Positions 20,240 through 30,561 of a stretch of 64,000 nt of DNA are shown piece by piece. This DNA comes from a virus. Numbering within the stretch: position 1 is the first letter of the stretch; every line of letters begins with the position of its first letter. The notes below the pieces were generated by a model that did not search any database, was not told the DNA's origin, and was given only the letters and a program-made list of their open reading frames with translations. A program made the position numbers and the translations under genes. Where the stretch lies: IMG/VR virus record IMGVR_UViG_3300030012_002528, positions 1 to 64,000 of that record; one strand, 5' to 3'.

Positions 20240-21910
20240 TTAAAACTCGTTAGTTTCAAGTTTTTCAATCATTACGACTCGAGACTTGTCTGGAATCCAG
20301 GCTGACATTGAAGACATGCAGGTGAACTCTCTACCAGGCTGTGGTCGTGAGTAGTTGAAGCCTTGCTCAAATACTGGTCCGTTAGTAGAACCGTAAGCGA
20401 AATCAGGCACATTTTTAGGCTTAACGATGTAAAGGTTATTTGTACCTTTTGAAGCCTCGTCAATTTCAACTCCTTTTGGCATTACGCTTCTGTCGAAGAT
20501 GTTGCTGTACATTGGGTCAGTGATATCCCACATAACCAAAGTCCAAGAACGCTTAGACAACCCAGCAGAGTATCCTCGGCTGATGTAGTCGCCAAAGCTA
20601 TCGTAGTCAAGAGATGGGTCGTGCTCAACTCTTACGTTTCCGATTCCGTTAAGGAATGCTTCACCGATAGCATATGATTGATACTGTAAGTTGTATCTGT
20701 CGTTACCAGAAAGAACCTTCACTGGAAGAGCCTCTTGGTCGATGTGTACTGGAGTAGTATTCTTGAATTCTTCTTTGAATAGCTCACGAACTAAGTTGTG
20801 TGCGTTGAATCCAGCTTTGAATACCATTCGTCTGTCATGAATCTGGATAGATGTACCATGATAGATGATTTCAGCAGCTTTTTGAATGTACTGACGCAAT
20901 TCGTTAACATTTTTGTAGATGAATCTGTGACCTCTACGTAATTGGTGGTAAAGACCTTCGTTAACAATCTTAGAACCGTTGATTCCTGTGATTGTAGCAC
21001 CTCGGTCAAACATCATACCCATTGCAGTAAGCTTCATTAACTCAGCCATTGCAAGAGCTTCCATGATAGGCTGAACTCGAACTGTGTTCTTAAGTAGTTT
21101 ACCGTTTCTTGGGTTCATTTGACCAACGAAGAAGTAATCACCTCCAAGTTTGTCTTGCATTCTTTGAATTCTGTCTGTCAAGTAAGAAGCTTCTTTACCG
21201 TTTACAGTAAGAACGTCAGCGTAAGAAGAGTATCCTACTTGTACCGCACGGTAGTCTCCTAAAGTATACTGAAGTTTAACAGAGTTCTCAGACATTCCCA
21301 TCATGTTAGGAGCAGAGTATTGAGTATCAAACTCACCAGCAACGTGGTCAATTTTTACATACTCAGTACCTGGCTTCAATTTAGATGCTGGGAAGTACTT
21401 GCTTCTGTCTCTTGTTACAAGCTGTACAGTGTGAACGTATCCGTCACCTTCGTCTACAACTTCTGAATCTTCTACAACGATTACTTGCTCGCCATCAACT
21501 GGGTCATAAGTAAGGATGTCACCAGGAGAGAAGGGGTGAGATAATTTGATATCGAAGTATGAACCGTCAATACCTAAGTAGCTGCCTTCTTCTACATTCT
21601 GTACAACGCAAGGCTTTTCAATATCCATTGCGATTTCGTAGTCGAAACTTCCTCTAATACCATTAACATAGATTTTATCAGAGTTCTTTAACGCATCCTT
21701 AATGAAAGGAACGTTTACGATGCGAGCATTTTCAAATAGCTCAAGCATCCCTAAAGATGTTCTGTCATCTACATAGTCAGAAGCTTTGAGAGCTACTGAA
21801 TCAAGGTAACCAAATTGAGACTGGATGTCACTCTTATTGGTGACCCCAATCACAGTGGAGTCATTAAAGTTGGCTCCAATAAATTGTCCGTTAAAATTTT
21901 CTTTTCCCAT
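20240..21910 (-). CDS. major capsid protein
   Basis: About 556 aa downstream of portal and scaffold; EGLYHQLRRG motif; own terminator; ATG at 21910. Confidence 0.8.
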   Translation of the reverse strand: MGKENFNGQFIGANFNDSTVIGVTNKSDIQSQFGYLDSVALKASDYVDDRTSLGMLELFENARIVNVPFIKDALKNSDKIYVNGIRGSFDYEIAMDIEKPCVVQNVEEGSYLGIDGSYFDIKLSHPFSPGDILTYDPVDGEQVIVVEDSEVVDEGDGYVHTVQLVTRDRSKYFPASKLKPGTEYVKIDHVAGEFDTQYSAPNMMGMSENSVKLQYTLGDYRAVQVGYSSYADVLTVNGKEASYLTDRIQRMQDKLGGDYFFVGQMNPRNGKLLKNTVRVQPIMEALAMAELMKLTAMGMMFDRGATITGINGSKIVNEGLYHQLRRGHRFIYKNVNELRQYIQKAAEIIYHGTSIQIHDRRMVFKAGFNAHNLVRELFKEEFKNTTPVHIDQEALPVKVLSGNDRYNLQYQSYAIGEAFLNGIGNVRVEHDPSLDYDSFGDYISRGYSAGLSKRSWTLVMWDITDPMYSNIFDRSVMPKGVEIDEASKGTNNLYIVKPKNVPDFAYGSTNGPVFEQGFNYSRPQPGREFTCMSSMSAWIPDKSRVVMIEKLETNEF

Positions 21911-21944
21911 TGTACTCAATTAGTGTTTGTGAATTTTATATTAT

Positions 21945-23120
21945 TTAAAGAAAGGGATTTTTAGTTTGCCTATCCCTCGTAGGTCTAAATGAAAAGTCTT
22001 TTTTCTCATTCTGAACTTTTTTAGACTTTTTAATGTCTGTAAATACTTTCTTTTTAGCCTGCTCCACTCTTGATGAAGCTGCCTCCTCCATAAAAGCATC
22101 GAAATCAGTGAGAAATCTATATAGCAATACAGATGCTTGAGGATTGTTTCTAAATTGTAAGAATGCCTTATCAATTTCGGCAAAACCTGTGTCATCTATT
22201 TTAGTCAACCCATCGATAACATTCTTTATTTGATTGTTATTCATGTTTTGACCTTTAAGAGTTTCTCGTACCGTCTTGCGGTAACTCTTAATTGCTTTTG
22301 CTTTTTCAGCGGATACCTTTTGTTGGTTATCCAACAATTGCTGGTGCCTCTGTTTTGCAGCAGTTTGGATGTGGTCGTAAGACATTTGAGCTTCTTCTTC
22401 CAAATCATCCGCATCTCTCATTACTCTAGAAAGATGTTTATTTATCTTTGCATCATCCCATCCTACAAAATTTTTATAGTATGTATAGATAGAGTTAAGT
22501 TTTCCGTTCTTAGAATCAAGGTCTAAATTATCTAATCTATTTACTACAGTTCTAGATTGATAGTAAGAGTCTAAGTCTCCTCCAGCTTTTTTAAAAGCTA
22601 GATATTCTTTTTCGTCTGGGTCTAAGTTAGAAAAAAGGCTACTAGCCAAGGATTCTCTTTTCCAAGCATCTTGTTGTTTAGATAACTGTTCAAAAGTCTC
22701 TTTGTCTATAGTAGTATCTTCCCTACCTTCAAAGTCTTCCCAAAATCCTGATTTAATAAGTTTTGTTGCTACTTCATTAAAATCAAAATCTGAGTCATCA
22801 GAGGATAGTGCCACTTGTACAGCTTCTTCAGCTTGTTTGTCTTGTGTTTCGGCCTCAGCACTACTACCATCATCAAACTCGACTTTTTTATCAAGAACGT
22901 CCTCGATTTCAAGACCCTTATTTTCTTCTTGTGTCGTTTCTTCAGAATCGTTGTCTGCTTTGGGAGCCTGCTCCTCTACAACGTTTTCTACAGGGTCTGG
23001 AGTTGTATTTTGTTCCTCCTCTTTAACATCGTCCTCAGTTATTGTGTTTGTTGATTCTTCGTCAAACTCGATGTTAAAAGGCTTACCAATGGTAAACGGA
23101 TTTTTGTTTTCTTCTGACAT
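21945..23120 (-). CDS. putative capsid scaffolding protein
   Basis: Acidic disordered N-terminus and helical C-terminus, between portal and MCP. Confidence 0.65.
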   Translation of the reverse strand: MSEENKNPFTIGKPFNIEFDEESTNTITEDDVKEEEQNTTPDPVENVVEEQAPKADNDSEETTQEENKGLEIEDVLDKKVEFDDGSSAEAETQDKQAEEAVQVALSSDDSDFDFNEVATKLIKSGFWEDFEGREDTTIDKETFEQLSKQQDAWKRESLASSLFSNLDPDEKEYLAFKKAGGDLDSYYQSRTVVNRLDNLDLDSKNGKLNSIYTYYKNFVGWDDAKINKHLSRVMRDADDLEEEAQMSYDHIQTAAKQRHQQLLDNQQKVSAEKAKAIKSYRKTVRETLKGQNMNNNQIKNVIDGLTKIDDTGFAEIDKAFLQFRNNPQASVLLYRFLTDFDAFMEEAASSRVEQAKKKVFTDIKKSKKVQNEKKDFSFRPTRDRQTKNPFL

Positions 23121-23216
23121 GGTGGTGATTTTCAAGTGTAAAAGTATTAATAAATTTTAAATTATACAATTTTAAAACAATTGTAATTATGGTATTTAAA
23201 ATTATTACAATTATTG

Positions 23217-25940
23217 TTATGATTTCACATCATAACGATTTTTGTTAGTTTCTGCTACTTGAAGTTCTTTTTGGGCCACTTGTTGTCTTGTTTGTAGCTC
23301 TTTTTCCTTCAAGTTTATTTCTCTTTGCTGTATTTGATACCTCCTATCGGAGTCTATTGCCTGCCTTCTCACCATTTCAGCACTCTGAGTATTCTTATAC
23401 TGTTGATTAAGTGCATCTGTTGAAGCTTTAAGCTGGTCAATTACAAGTGATGTCTCTTGAGCAGGCTGTCCCTCTTCAGTAGGCTTAGCAAACCCAAGTG
23501 CTAAAATAGCTTGCTTGTTCAAGGCTATTTCTCCTTTGATTTTTTCTATTTGTATCTTATGCTTCTGCTTAAGCTCTTCTTTTTCCATATCTGCAGCTTT
23601 CTGCATTTCAATAGCTTGCATCTGTTGTTGCTGCTGTTGTTGTTGCATTAGCTCAGTTTGTTTTCTAGAGAGTCTAGCTAATTGTAGTACTTTAGCTGTG
23701 GAGTCTGCTGAAATAACAGAAGCCATGTCTTCTAAAGTCTTAGATATAGTATTGTCTCTGAAGTAGGTTTGCTTTAGTAACTCTAATTCACTTCTTCTCT
23801 TAGAATTATTTTGCGTGTATATTTTAAACCTTCTTAAAGGTAGGTTAGCATCAATCAATGAAACAAATTGTCTCATTCTGTCGCTATCTGTAAAGTTAAC
23901 AGTATTATCTATACCATAACTTTGTACCCACTGTGCAACATTGATATACATTTCTGCTGCTCTTTGTTGGAACTTGGCAAACTTATCAAACCATACTTCT
24001 GTCTGAGAGTAGGATGCATCTTGTGTCACTTGAACACCTGTTGCAGTAGTCTGTTCAGTGGGCATAGCCATTCGTTGAGGAGATAGTCCTAATTTTTCAA
24101 AGGCTCTATTTTTGATAGCTTGGGCAAAGTTTAGTTTACCCATCATGGCTGCTGTAAGGTCCATGTTTACCATCTGAAAATTATTGAAAGCAGTACCTCT
24201 AGCTTGAGAGGAGTCTACAGGAAGAAGACCAAGGTTTCTTGTTACTTCCATTAGTTTACCAATAGCTTCATCTCCTCCGTAGTCTTTTAGAAACTCAGGC
24301 ATATATGCTAGGTCCATTAAGAAAAACAATCCAAGCTCTTTAGACATATAGTCTCTAGCCATATTCATAGAAAGAGAATATTCAATTTGGTCTATCTCTA
24401 CTCTAGATACAAGTGATGTATTTTCCAACATACCACATACAGGCAAAAGAGTATCAAACATTGAGCTTTCTCCTTTTAGCTGATGCTTAATTGGTTCTCC
24501 GTAAAGGTATAGATTTTCTTTTAAGTCTGTGTTCTCCCTAAGAATTTTAACTCCGTATCTTACTTCTGGGATGTAGTCCCACACAATAGTATTTTCTCTA
24601 GGATTCTTTGAGTTTTGGTCTAATGTTACACTCTTTAGTCTTTTTATCCCATACTCATTGATAAGCTCTTTTAGTATCTCATCAGTAACAATTTCACTGT
24701 GTATTTTATTTTCTCCTGGTCTAGAATATGTTAAGTAGCCTATTCTTTTGTAAGAAACCCAGTATCCTTCTACCACTCTGATAAGGTCATATCTATTATC
24801 ATAAGGATTAAAGAACATGTTGACAGCTAGATTTTGGTTAGGGAAACTTCCTCTATAACCTAGGTCAACTCCTGTTTGGTCTTGTATTACCCCGATGTTT
24901 TCATATGGGATGTAGTCAGCGTAAGGCACTCTTTTTAAGTAGCCACCATTGTTTTCCATCCAAGATTGTGTATCTTTTATACCTGATACAGCAACCTCAT
25001 CTGATTTACTGTAATGCTTGGACTTTAGAAGGTCTCTTTTTTCATCTTCTGTAAGCTTATGTCCAAAGTTTTGTATTACCTGGTTCGGTGTGAGGTATTG
25101 TACTCTTCCTACATACTCACCTAGCTCGGTGTATCTTTCGTCTTGAGTTATGGAGGTAAAAGTATTTAGAGGAGACCATCTTTCTGGTCTGAAGTAATCG
25201 TGTCCTATTCGAAAGTGCATAAAACATCTTCCTGTAATAAGATAGTCTCTGAAAAGTTCCCTGTAAAGTTCGTCTAGATGGAAACGTGTTTCTGACTCTT
25301 CTAAGGTTTGTTCAGCCCACTCAATGTACATAGGCTTCCATTCCGTATTCATGTATTTTTCTACATCTGCTGGAATATTCTTTTGCCTTATCTGTTGTAA
25401 CTTTTGAGTATAAGCTTGTTTTTCTTCTTCGCTTTGGAAATTTTGCTTATTAGGGTCAACACCCATTTTTATAAGCTTGAGTTCTAACTCAGCGTTAACT
25501 GCCTCAGATACATTTTTCCATAATGCATCTCTTTTCTTTCTTAAATATTCATTTGTAGACGTAGGGTCATTTGCATGAATAATTGTAGGGTTAGGCTTTT
25601 TAATGTATTCACCGATAAGGGTGTTTACAATAGGTTCAATAAAACCATAATGCTGGAGGTCCTCTGATAGTTCTGACTGTGAGCGTAACATATCTACCTC
25701 AGATAAAAAAGCAGAGGTATTAGTTACATCACTATATGCGTAACTTCCTTCGACTATTCTATAGGCATCTTCAAACCTTCTTCGATATACATTTAATTGT
25801 CTTATGCCTATAGTTTCAAGAGTGTCCATGCAGTCTTTAAACCACGCTTTATTCTTTTTACTATTTGGCAAAGCTTGGGCAGGTAGCCTGAGACTACTGC
25901 CTAAGAAGGGTGCATCTTTTAGATTTATGTCGAAAAACAT
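23217..25940 (-). CDS. portal protein
   Basis: 907 aa after the terminase; LPAQAL...K.K.W start, poly-Q coiled-coil C-terminus. Confidence 0.85.
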   Translation of the reverse strand: MFFDINLKDAPFLGSSLRLPAQALPNSKKNKAWFKDCMDTLETIGIRQLNVYRRRFEDAYRIVEGSYAYSDVTNTSAFLSEVDMLRSQSELSEDLQHYGFIEPIVNTLIGEYIKKPNPTIIHANDPTSTNEYLRKKRDALWKNVSEAVNAELELKLIKMGVDPNKQNFQSEEEKQAYTQKLQQIRQKNIPADVEKYMNTEWKPMYIEWAEQTLEESETRFHLDELYRELFRDYLITGRCFMHFRIGHDYFRPERWSPLNTFTSITQDERYTELGEYVGRVQYLTPNQVIQNFGHKLTEDEKRDLLKSKHYSKSDEVAVSGIKDTQSWMENNGGYLKRVPYADYIPYENIGVIQDQTGVDLGYRGSFPNQNLAVNMFFNPYDNRYDLIRVVEGYWVSYKRIGYLTYSRPGENKIHSEIVTDEILKELINEYGIKRLKSVTLDQNSKNPRENTIVWDYIPEVRYGVKILRENTDLKENLYLYGEPIKHQLKGESSMFDTLLPVCGMLENTSLVSRVEIDQIEYSLSMNMARDYMSKELGLFFLMDLAYMPEFLKDYGGDEAIGKLMEVTRNLGLLPVDSSQARGTAFNNFQMVNMDLTAAMMGKLNFAQAIKNRAFEKLGLSPQRMAMPTEQTTATGVQVTQDASYSQTEVWFDKFAKFQQRAAEMYINVAQWVQSYGIDNTVNFTDSDRMRQFVSLIDANLPLRRFKIYTQNNSKRRSELELLKQTYFRDNTISKTLEDMASVISADSTAKVLQLARLSRKQTELMQQQQQQQQMQAIEMQKAADMEKEELKQKHKIQIEKIKGEIALNKQAILALGFAKPTEEGQPAQETSLVIDQLKASTDALNQQYKNTQSAEMVRRQAIDSDRRYQIQQREINLKEKELQTRQQVAQKELQVAETNKNRYDVKS

Positions 25941-25957
25941 ACTATTACAAACTAGTT

Positions 25958-25990
25958 TGCAAATTTAAGTAAAACTTATGTATTTACCAA
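25958..25990 (-). promoter_or_regulatory. Bacteroidota-type promoter upstream of portal
   Basis: Minus strand reads TTTG-N~20-TAAATTTG. Confidence 0.6.
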
Positions 25991-26001
25991 ATTCATTACA
26001 A

Positions 26002-28149
26002 TTACCTGTACTTACTTCGTCCAAACTTATTGTTGGTAAGTTTTTGGAAAGTATCTCTTTTTATTACGTACTTATCTTCTGACCCTCTAATATTATTAAT
26101 AGATAATTCTTCATCCCATATCAATACGTGACCAAAAGACATTATACGGTCATAGTTTTTGTAGTTACCAAACTTAATAATTTCTTCTAGCAACATAGGG
26201 TCTGTTATTCTAGATACTCCTAGAACAGTTATCTCTTCTCCATTAGGTCCTAGTTCGCCAGTTGGTATCTGTTCCCAGCAATAAGTCTTAAGAAGTTTTA
26301 ACAGATGTTCTTTATTTCTAGCAGTAGCTGGTAATCCATAATCTACATTCGCTCTACTGTTTTCATTTATTCTTAAGTTGGTGCCTTTTGCCTGTGCTAT
26401 AAGATACTCTGCTTTTTGGCTTCTTAGATACTTTACAAATGGTACGTCTGCCTCTGGGAGACACTCTGCATTGTAAAGTTTTAACAGAAGCATGGCCTGT
26501 CTGTAGTATAAACTATCCATGTGAGGTCTACCTGTAAGTTGTGCGACTATTTGATTCTGATATCCTGATACACCAGCCTGTCTTTTAAATATGTACAAGC
26601 AATTCAAAGAATCAGATGTTGTAGATGTAGCGACTTTTGCACCGTCAAATCCTGCAATATAAGTACCTCTTTTAATTTGTCTAGGGTCTTCAAATATAGG
26701 CCTTTCGTATATTACAGCAGGAGCTTCATATGCTCCTCCCCTAAATGGATACTCTTCTACAGGTTCCAACTTAGAAGGGGTTACTGTTATCAGTCCTCCG
26801 TTAATCATATCTAAAGTAACATACTCACCAGTTTGTCCTTCAATTCTTATGAGGTCTTGTTTCTTTTTAGCTTGTTCCACGGGGAACGGATTGTTACCAG
26901 AAAATAGGAAGCAGTCTTCTGGCTGGAAGGGATAGTACATTCTTGCTTTCTTCCCTTTGTCTGGAGACTTGTCATTTTCTGAGTTAATAAATCCTTTTAC
27001 TTTGTCTTGTGATTGTTCCCAGTCAGTGACGAATATATTGAACCCATCCAATGCTTCAATTTGTTCAGCTGTGAAGGTTCTGTCGAGATATTGTACCAAA
27101 GGTATTTCTTTCTTCTGGCCTCCCTTGTTAGACATTTGGGCAGGAACAAATAGGCTAACTTTTTTATCAGTGTCTTGAACATATCTAAAGTGTTCTTCTT
27201 TTACTTCTTTTAAATATTCTTCTACATCAAAGTGAAAGAAACTAGACTTTTCTGTGTACAAGAAATCCATCTCTGCATCTGCTGCAAAGTCTGTGTTACC
27301 CCCTGTACCAATCAATAATTCTACAAATCGTCTTTCACCAAGGTCATTTTCGATAGCAGGTAAAAGTGCAGAACGTTGTTTAGAGTACAAATACTTACCT
27401 ACCTCATCCCATACAGCCTCAGTAGGCGTAATACCTGCTAGTAACTCTTCCTTTGATGTAACTTGACCTTGTTGGAGGTTCCTAACTGATATCCTAGAAA
27501 AAGCAAAAGAGTTATCATTCGGTTTATCAGCAATAGGAAAAAACTCGTAACTAATAGGATTAATTGGGTTTCTGCCTTTTGTTACAATTCTTTTGTTAAA
27601 CTCTATCTCAACGTCCGAGGATGTTGCTTTGTTCCAATCGTTTATTTTTACAAAATCAGAAAAGCAATCAGGTCTCTTCTCGTAGAACTCATCTAAGTAT
27701 TTGGTAATGTTGTTAAGGTCAGACTGTGACCCACCAATAATTAGAGGGTTACTATACTGAAATATAAAAGTATTATAAGCAACTCTTGATGAAATAAAAG
27801 ATGTCTTAGCGAAACGTCTTGTACCAAATGCAAGAATAGGTTGTTTGTCTCTAGAATCAGCTTGTTCATAGCACCAATTGATTAACCATTCATTATCTCT
27901 TAAGTTAGGATTAGTTACTACCCTAACTGAATTACCAAATTCATCTCTCTTATCTATTGATAACTTAAAAAAATTAAGATGCCAATACAGCCAACCAGAA
28001 ACATAAACACCACCGACATGTACACCCGATTTACAATAATTTATATGCTTTATCCAAAAATCAACGTAAGAACCATCCTCTCTGGCAGGCTCAACCTGAT
28101 TAATAAGAAACTCTTTATATGATATATTAGGAATTTCCCTCTTCTGCAT
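26002..28149 (-). CDS. terL: terminase large subunit
   Basis: LYWHLNF, TRRFAKT (Walker A-like), VWDEVGK (Walker B), IGTGG, and AGFD/YDRIM nuclease motifs. Confidence 0.9.
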   Translation of the reverse strand: MQKREIPNISYKEFLINQVEPAREDGSYVDFWIKHINYCKSGVHVGGVYVSGWLYWHLNFFKLSIDKRDEFGNSVRVVTNPNLRDNEWLINWCYEQADSRDKQPILAFGTRRFAKTSFISSRVAYNTFIFQYSNPLIIGGSQSDLNNITKYLDEFYEKRPDCFSDFVKINDWNKATSSDVEIEFNKRIVTKGRNPINPISYEFFPIADKPNDNSFAFSRISVRNLQQGQVTSKEELLAGITPTEAVWDEVGKYLYSKQRSALLPAIENDLGERRFVELLIGTGGNTDFAADAEMDFLYTEKSSFFHFDVEEYLKEVKEEHFRYVQDTDKKVSLFVPAQMSNKGGQKKEIPLVQYLDRTFTAEQIEALDGFNIFVTDWEQSQDKVKGFINSENDKSPDKGKKARMYYPFQPEDCFLFSGNNPFPVEQAKKKQDLIRIEGQTGEYVTLDMINGGLITVTPSKLEPVEEYPFRGGAYEAPAVIYERPIFEDPRQIKRGTYIAGFDGAKVATSTTSDSLNCLYIFKRQAGVSGYQNQIVAQLTGRPHMDSLYYRQAMLLLKLYNAECLPEADVPFVKYLRSQKAEYLIAQAKGTNLRINENSRANVDYGLPATARNKEHLLKLLKTYCWEQIPTGELGPNGEEITVLGVSRITDPMLLEEIIKFGNYKNYDRIMSFGHVLIWDEELSINNIRGSEDKYVIKRDTFQKLTNNKFGRSKYR

Positions 28150-28507
28150 CTTTGGTATTTGACTTGTCTACAGCATTTTTAATGAAATCGGTCATTTCAT
28201 TTATTTCCATACCAGACACGTTCATTAGCTTATCTTTTTCCAAATAGAACGCAGGTTTTATGTCTCTCAACAGTGTTTCTATTTCTTTAGGTACGTCTAT
28301 TACTTCGTTAAATAATTGCTTACAGTGTGTGTAAATTTCTTTTATTTTGAAAAGACACTCTTGGGAAGTAGATACAAGTAAAAACTTAACATACTTATCT
28401 GACTCTTCTTCTTCAGACAATTCCTGTGCTTTTTCCATAAGTTTTTCGTATAACTCAACGTTGTACTTTACAACGTTTTCTACATACTTTAATTGCTCTT
28501 TATTCAT
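28127..28507 (-). CDS. hypothetical protein
   Basis: ORF in terminase operon. Confidence 0.6.
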   Translation of the reverse strand: MNKEQLKYVENVVKYNVELYEKLMEKAQELSEEEESDKYVKFLLVSTSQECLFKIKEIYTHCKQLFNEVIDVPKEIETLLRDIKPAFYLEKDKLMNVSGMEINEMTDFIKNAVDKSNTKDAEEGNS

Positions 28508-28509
28508 AA

Positions 28510-28725
28510 TTACTTATTTTCTTTAAGGTCTCTTACTGTGTCTTCTAATGCTCTTGATAATTGCTCATCTGTCGCATGTAAAAAGAACTTATCAGCTTGA
28601 CCTGTATTTCTATAATTTTTAACTCTGAAAGTTGCTCTTAGTATTTCCATTACCGAAAGGTCTTGGTTATTTTTGATAGCTTCTGACATCAAGTCTGCAA
28701 TATGTGATTTTCTTAGTGATTCCAT
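28510..28725 (-). CDS. hypothetical protein
   Basis: ORF in operon. Confidence 0.55.
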   Translation of the reverse strand: MESLRKSHIADLMSEAIKNNQDLSVMEILRATFRVKNYRNTGQADKFFLHATDEQLSRALEDTVRDLKENK

Positions 28726-29333
28726 TATTCTTCGATTACATCTCCTTTAATTCTTATAACAAACACATCTTTATCCGTGTGTACTTTTAACCTTTTATCT
28801 ATTAGTCCAGGTATCTTTGTATTATACTTTATAGTCATAGTCATATTCTCTCCTTCTTTCAAAGATTTCTTATTATGGACAACAGAAAAACAAGAACAAA
28901 CCTTAGTAAAGATATTATTAAGAGGTATTTCATCAGTTGTAAAATGCTCATAGTCTCCTCTACAATTTATTAAATCAATTTTAAACGCTGAAGTAGATAC
29001 AGGAGCGTTGAGGGTAAGGGGTTCTCTGTAATCTATAACTATGATATCCTCCACAATATCTATGCTGGTTTTTTCAAAATCATGGACTCTTACAGCTACC
29101 CCTCTCCCCTCAAACTCCTTAATGTCGTGCCATAAATTTTCTGGACAAACTTCTTCTGCAACTTTTGTCTTGGCTTTTAACACACACCCACACTGGTTAC
29201 AAGTATCAAGAGCTTTGTTCCTATGTTCACACGCTAAACATGTCTCGTATCTTATCTCGTTGAAAGGAAGCTTTTTACCTAAGAAGTGGTTAGCCCACCC
29301 CTTCAATATTCTTTTTGGCCTTATCTTACCCAT
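28725..29333 (-). CDS. Cys-cluster protein with C-terminal Ig-like domain
   Basis: R..TC..CEH...C..CGC.LKAKT...CP...W; C-terminus CSC...YNT...G..K.L.V resembles DUF1573. Confidence 0.5.
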   Translation of the reverse strand: MGKIRPKRILKGWANHFLGKKLPFNEIRYETCLACEHRNKALDTCNQCGCVLKAKTKVAEEVCPENLWHDIKEFEGRGVAVRVHDFEKTSIDIVEDIIVIDYREPLTLNAPVSTSAFKIDLINCRGDYEHFTTDEIPLNNIFTKVCSCFSVVHNKKSLKEGENMTMTIKYNTKIPGLIDKRLKVHTDKDVFVIRIKGDVIEE

Positions 29334-29730
29334 TCTTCATTAGTTTTGGATTAAACCTAGTCCTAAAAAACCATATTTTATTAACTTTTTCTTTTTTAGC
29401 TTTCTCTATCAAGGTAGACATTCTTTCTAACTTAGACTTGAATATTGATAAGTTTTTTTCTATCTTACCCTTGTCTTCTTGATTTCTATACGAACCTTTA
29501 TCCACAACTCTTTGTAACATATTTATTGAGTTGTGTAATGAGGATAGTGTGTAATATAAGGTTCCAAAGTTAGGAATTCTGTAGGTGACGTTATCTGTTT
29601 TGGATATATCTTCTAGAAGCTCTTCTAACAGTGTCCAATAAAAAGCTTCTGCAGCTTCTCTGTCCCCTCCCCTCTTTTCAAATTCATCTAGGACATCACC
29701 TAAGAAATATATCTTATCCTCTAATTTCAT
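29326..29730 (-). CDS. HU/IHF-like protein
   Basis: YRIPNFGTLY motif; upstream of terminase. Confidence 0.4.
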   Translation of the reverse strand: MKLEDKIYFLGDVLDEFEKRGGDREAAEAFYWTLLEELLEDISKTDNVTYRIPNFGTLYYTLSSLHNSINMLQRVVDKGSYRNQEDKGKIEKNLSIFKSKLERMSTLIEKAKKEKVNKIWFFRTRFNPKLMKNG

Positions 29731-30094
29731 CCTTCATGTACAGCATCTGAACTGCAATATTATCATAATCCTTAATAGATTCTTTTAGCTTCTCTAAATC
29801 AGGATTTAATAATTTTCTATTTTTCTTAGGGTGAAGTAAGATTAATTCTTTTTTCTTTAGCCTAGAAATCATGGTAGTCACATTTTGATGTGTTTTTATA
29901 CCTAAGTTAGCAGAAATAACTTTATTTTTAAAGTCTTTAGAATTTATATCATATAAGAAACATAAAGTAAGTAAATCAATGTCTCTTTTTGTCATATGTA
30001 TTGTTGTAGCACTGTATATTTCTAATAACTTTTGAATTAAATCAACTTTATCTGAGTACCTTAGAAAAAAAGGTAATGTTCTAAATTGAGCCAT
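29714..30094 (-). CDS. putative winged-helix DNA-binding protein
   Basis: NLGIKTHQNVTTMISRLKKKELI is wHTH-like; first gene of the leftward operon. Confidence 0.5.
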   Translation of the reverse strand: MAQFRTLPFFLRYSDKVDLIQKLLEIYSATTIHMTKRDIDLLTLCFLYDINSKDFKNKVISANLGIKTHQNVTTMISRLKKKELILLHPKKNRKLLNPDLEKLKESIKDYDNIAVQMLYMKDEIRG

Positions 30095-30193
30095 ATGTTT
30101 TCTTTAAAAAGCTTTCTTAAATCCTACCCCCTACAACCCTTCCCCTCAAACCCCCTATAGTCCCCCTTTCTCCCCTTCCCTTAAGAAGACAAT

Positions 30194-30312
30194 GCAATTA
30201 TAGTAAAAATATATGACATTTGCAAGCGTTTGTGGATAAACATTGGTTTATATAAAATAGAAATAAAATATGTAATTTACTTGTGTATGTCAAAAGTGTT
30301 TTGTATATTGCA
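30194..30312. promoter_or_regulatory. divergent promoters with central DnaA box
   Basis: Minus strand TTGC...TATAATTG; plus strand TTG...TATATTGC at 30304; TGTGGATAA at 30231-30239. Confidence 0.6.
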
Positions 30313-30330
30313 GAAAATAAACCTTTAGTT

Positions 30331-30561
30331 ATGTATAATGATGTAGAATTACTAGATAGAGAGTACTTCCATGATTATAGGGATTGTGTATTAGATTATG
30401 TATCAGATGATTTATTAGACGATGACCTGTATGACGAAATAGGACAACAATTAGAAGATGTTGTGTTTGAAATGTTTTTATTCAGCATAAAATGTGGTAT
30501 AGCAACACATTTAGTAGAAACTTTTTTGAAAAAATTTAAAGACCAATTGAATAATGAGTAG
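30331..30561 (+). CDS. acidic hypothetical protein
   Basis: ATG at 30331 downstream of the promoter. Confidence 0.55.
   Translation: MYNDVELLDREYFHDYRDCVLDYVSDDLLDDDLYDEIGQQLEDVVFEMFLFSIKCGIATHLVETFLKKFKDQLNNE

Noticed and set aside
29498-29506. Perfect DnaA box TTATCCACA
   Set aside because: Isolated and inside a CDS
618-30000. Plus-strand ORFs in the track across the structural module (for example 784..1125, 7405..7746, 15536..15973, 22702..23160)
   Set aside because: Antisense shadows of long, tightly packed minus-strand genes; 7405..7746 is the reverse of the collagen repeat
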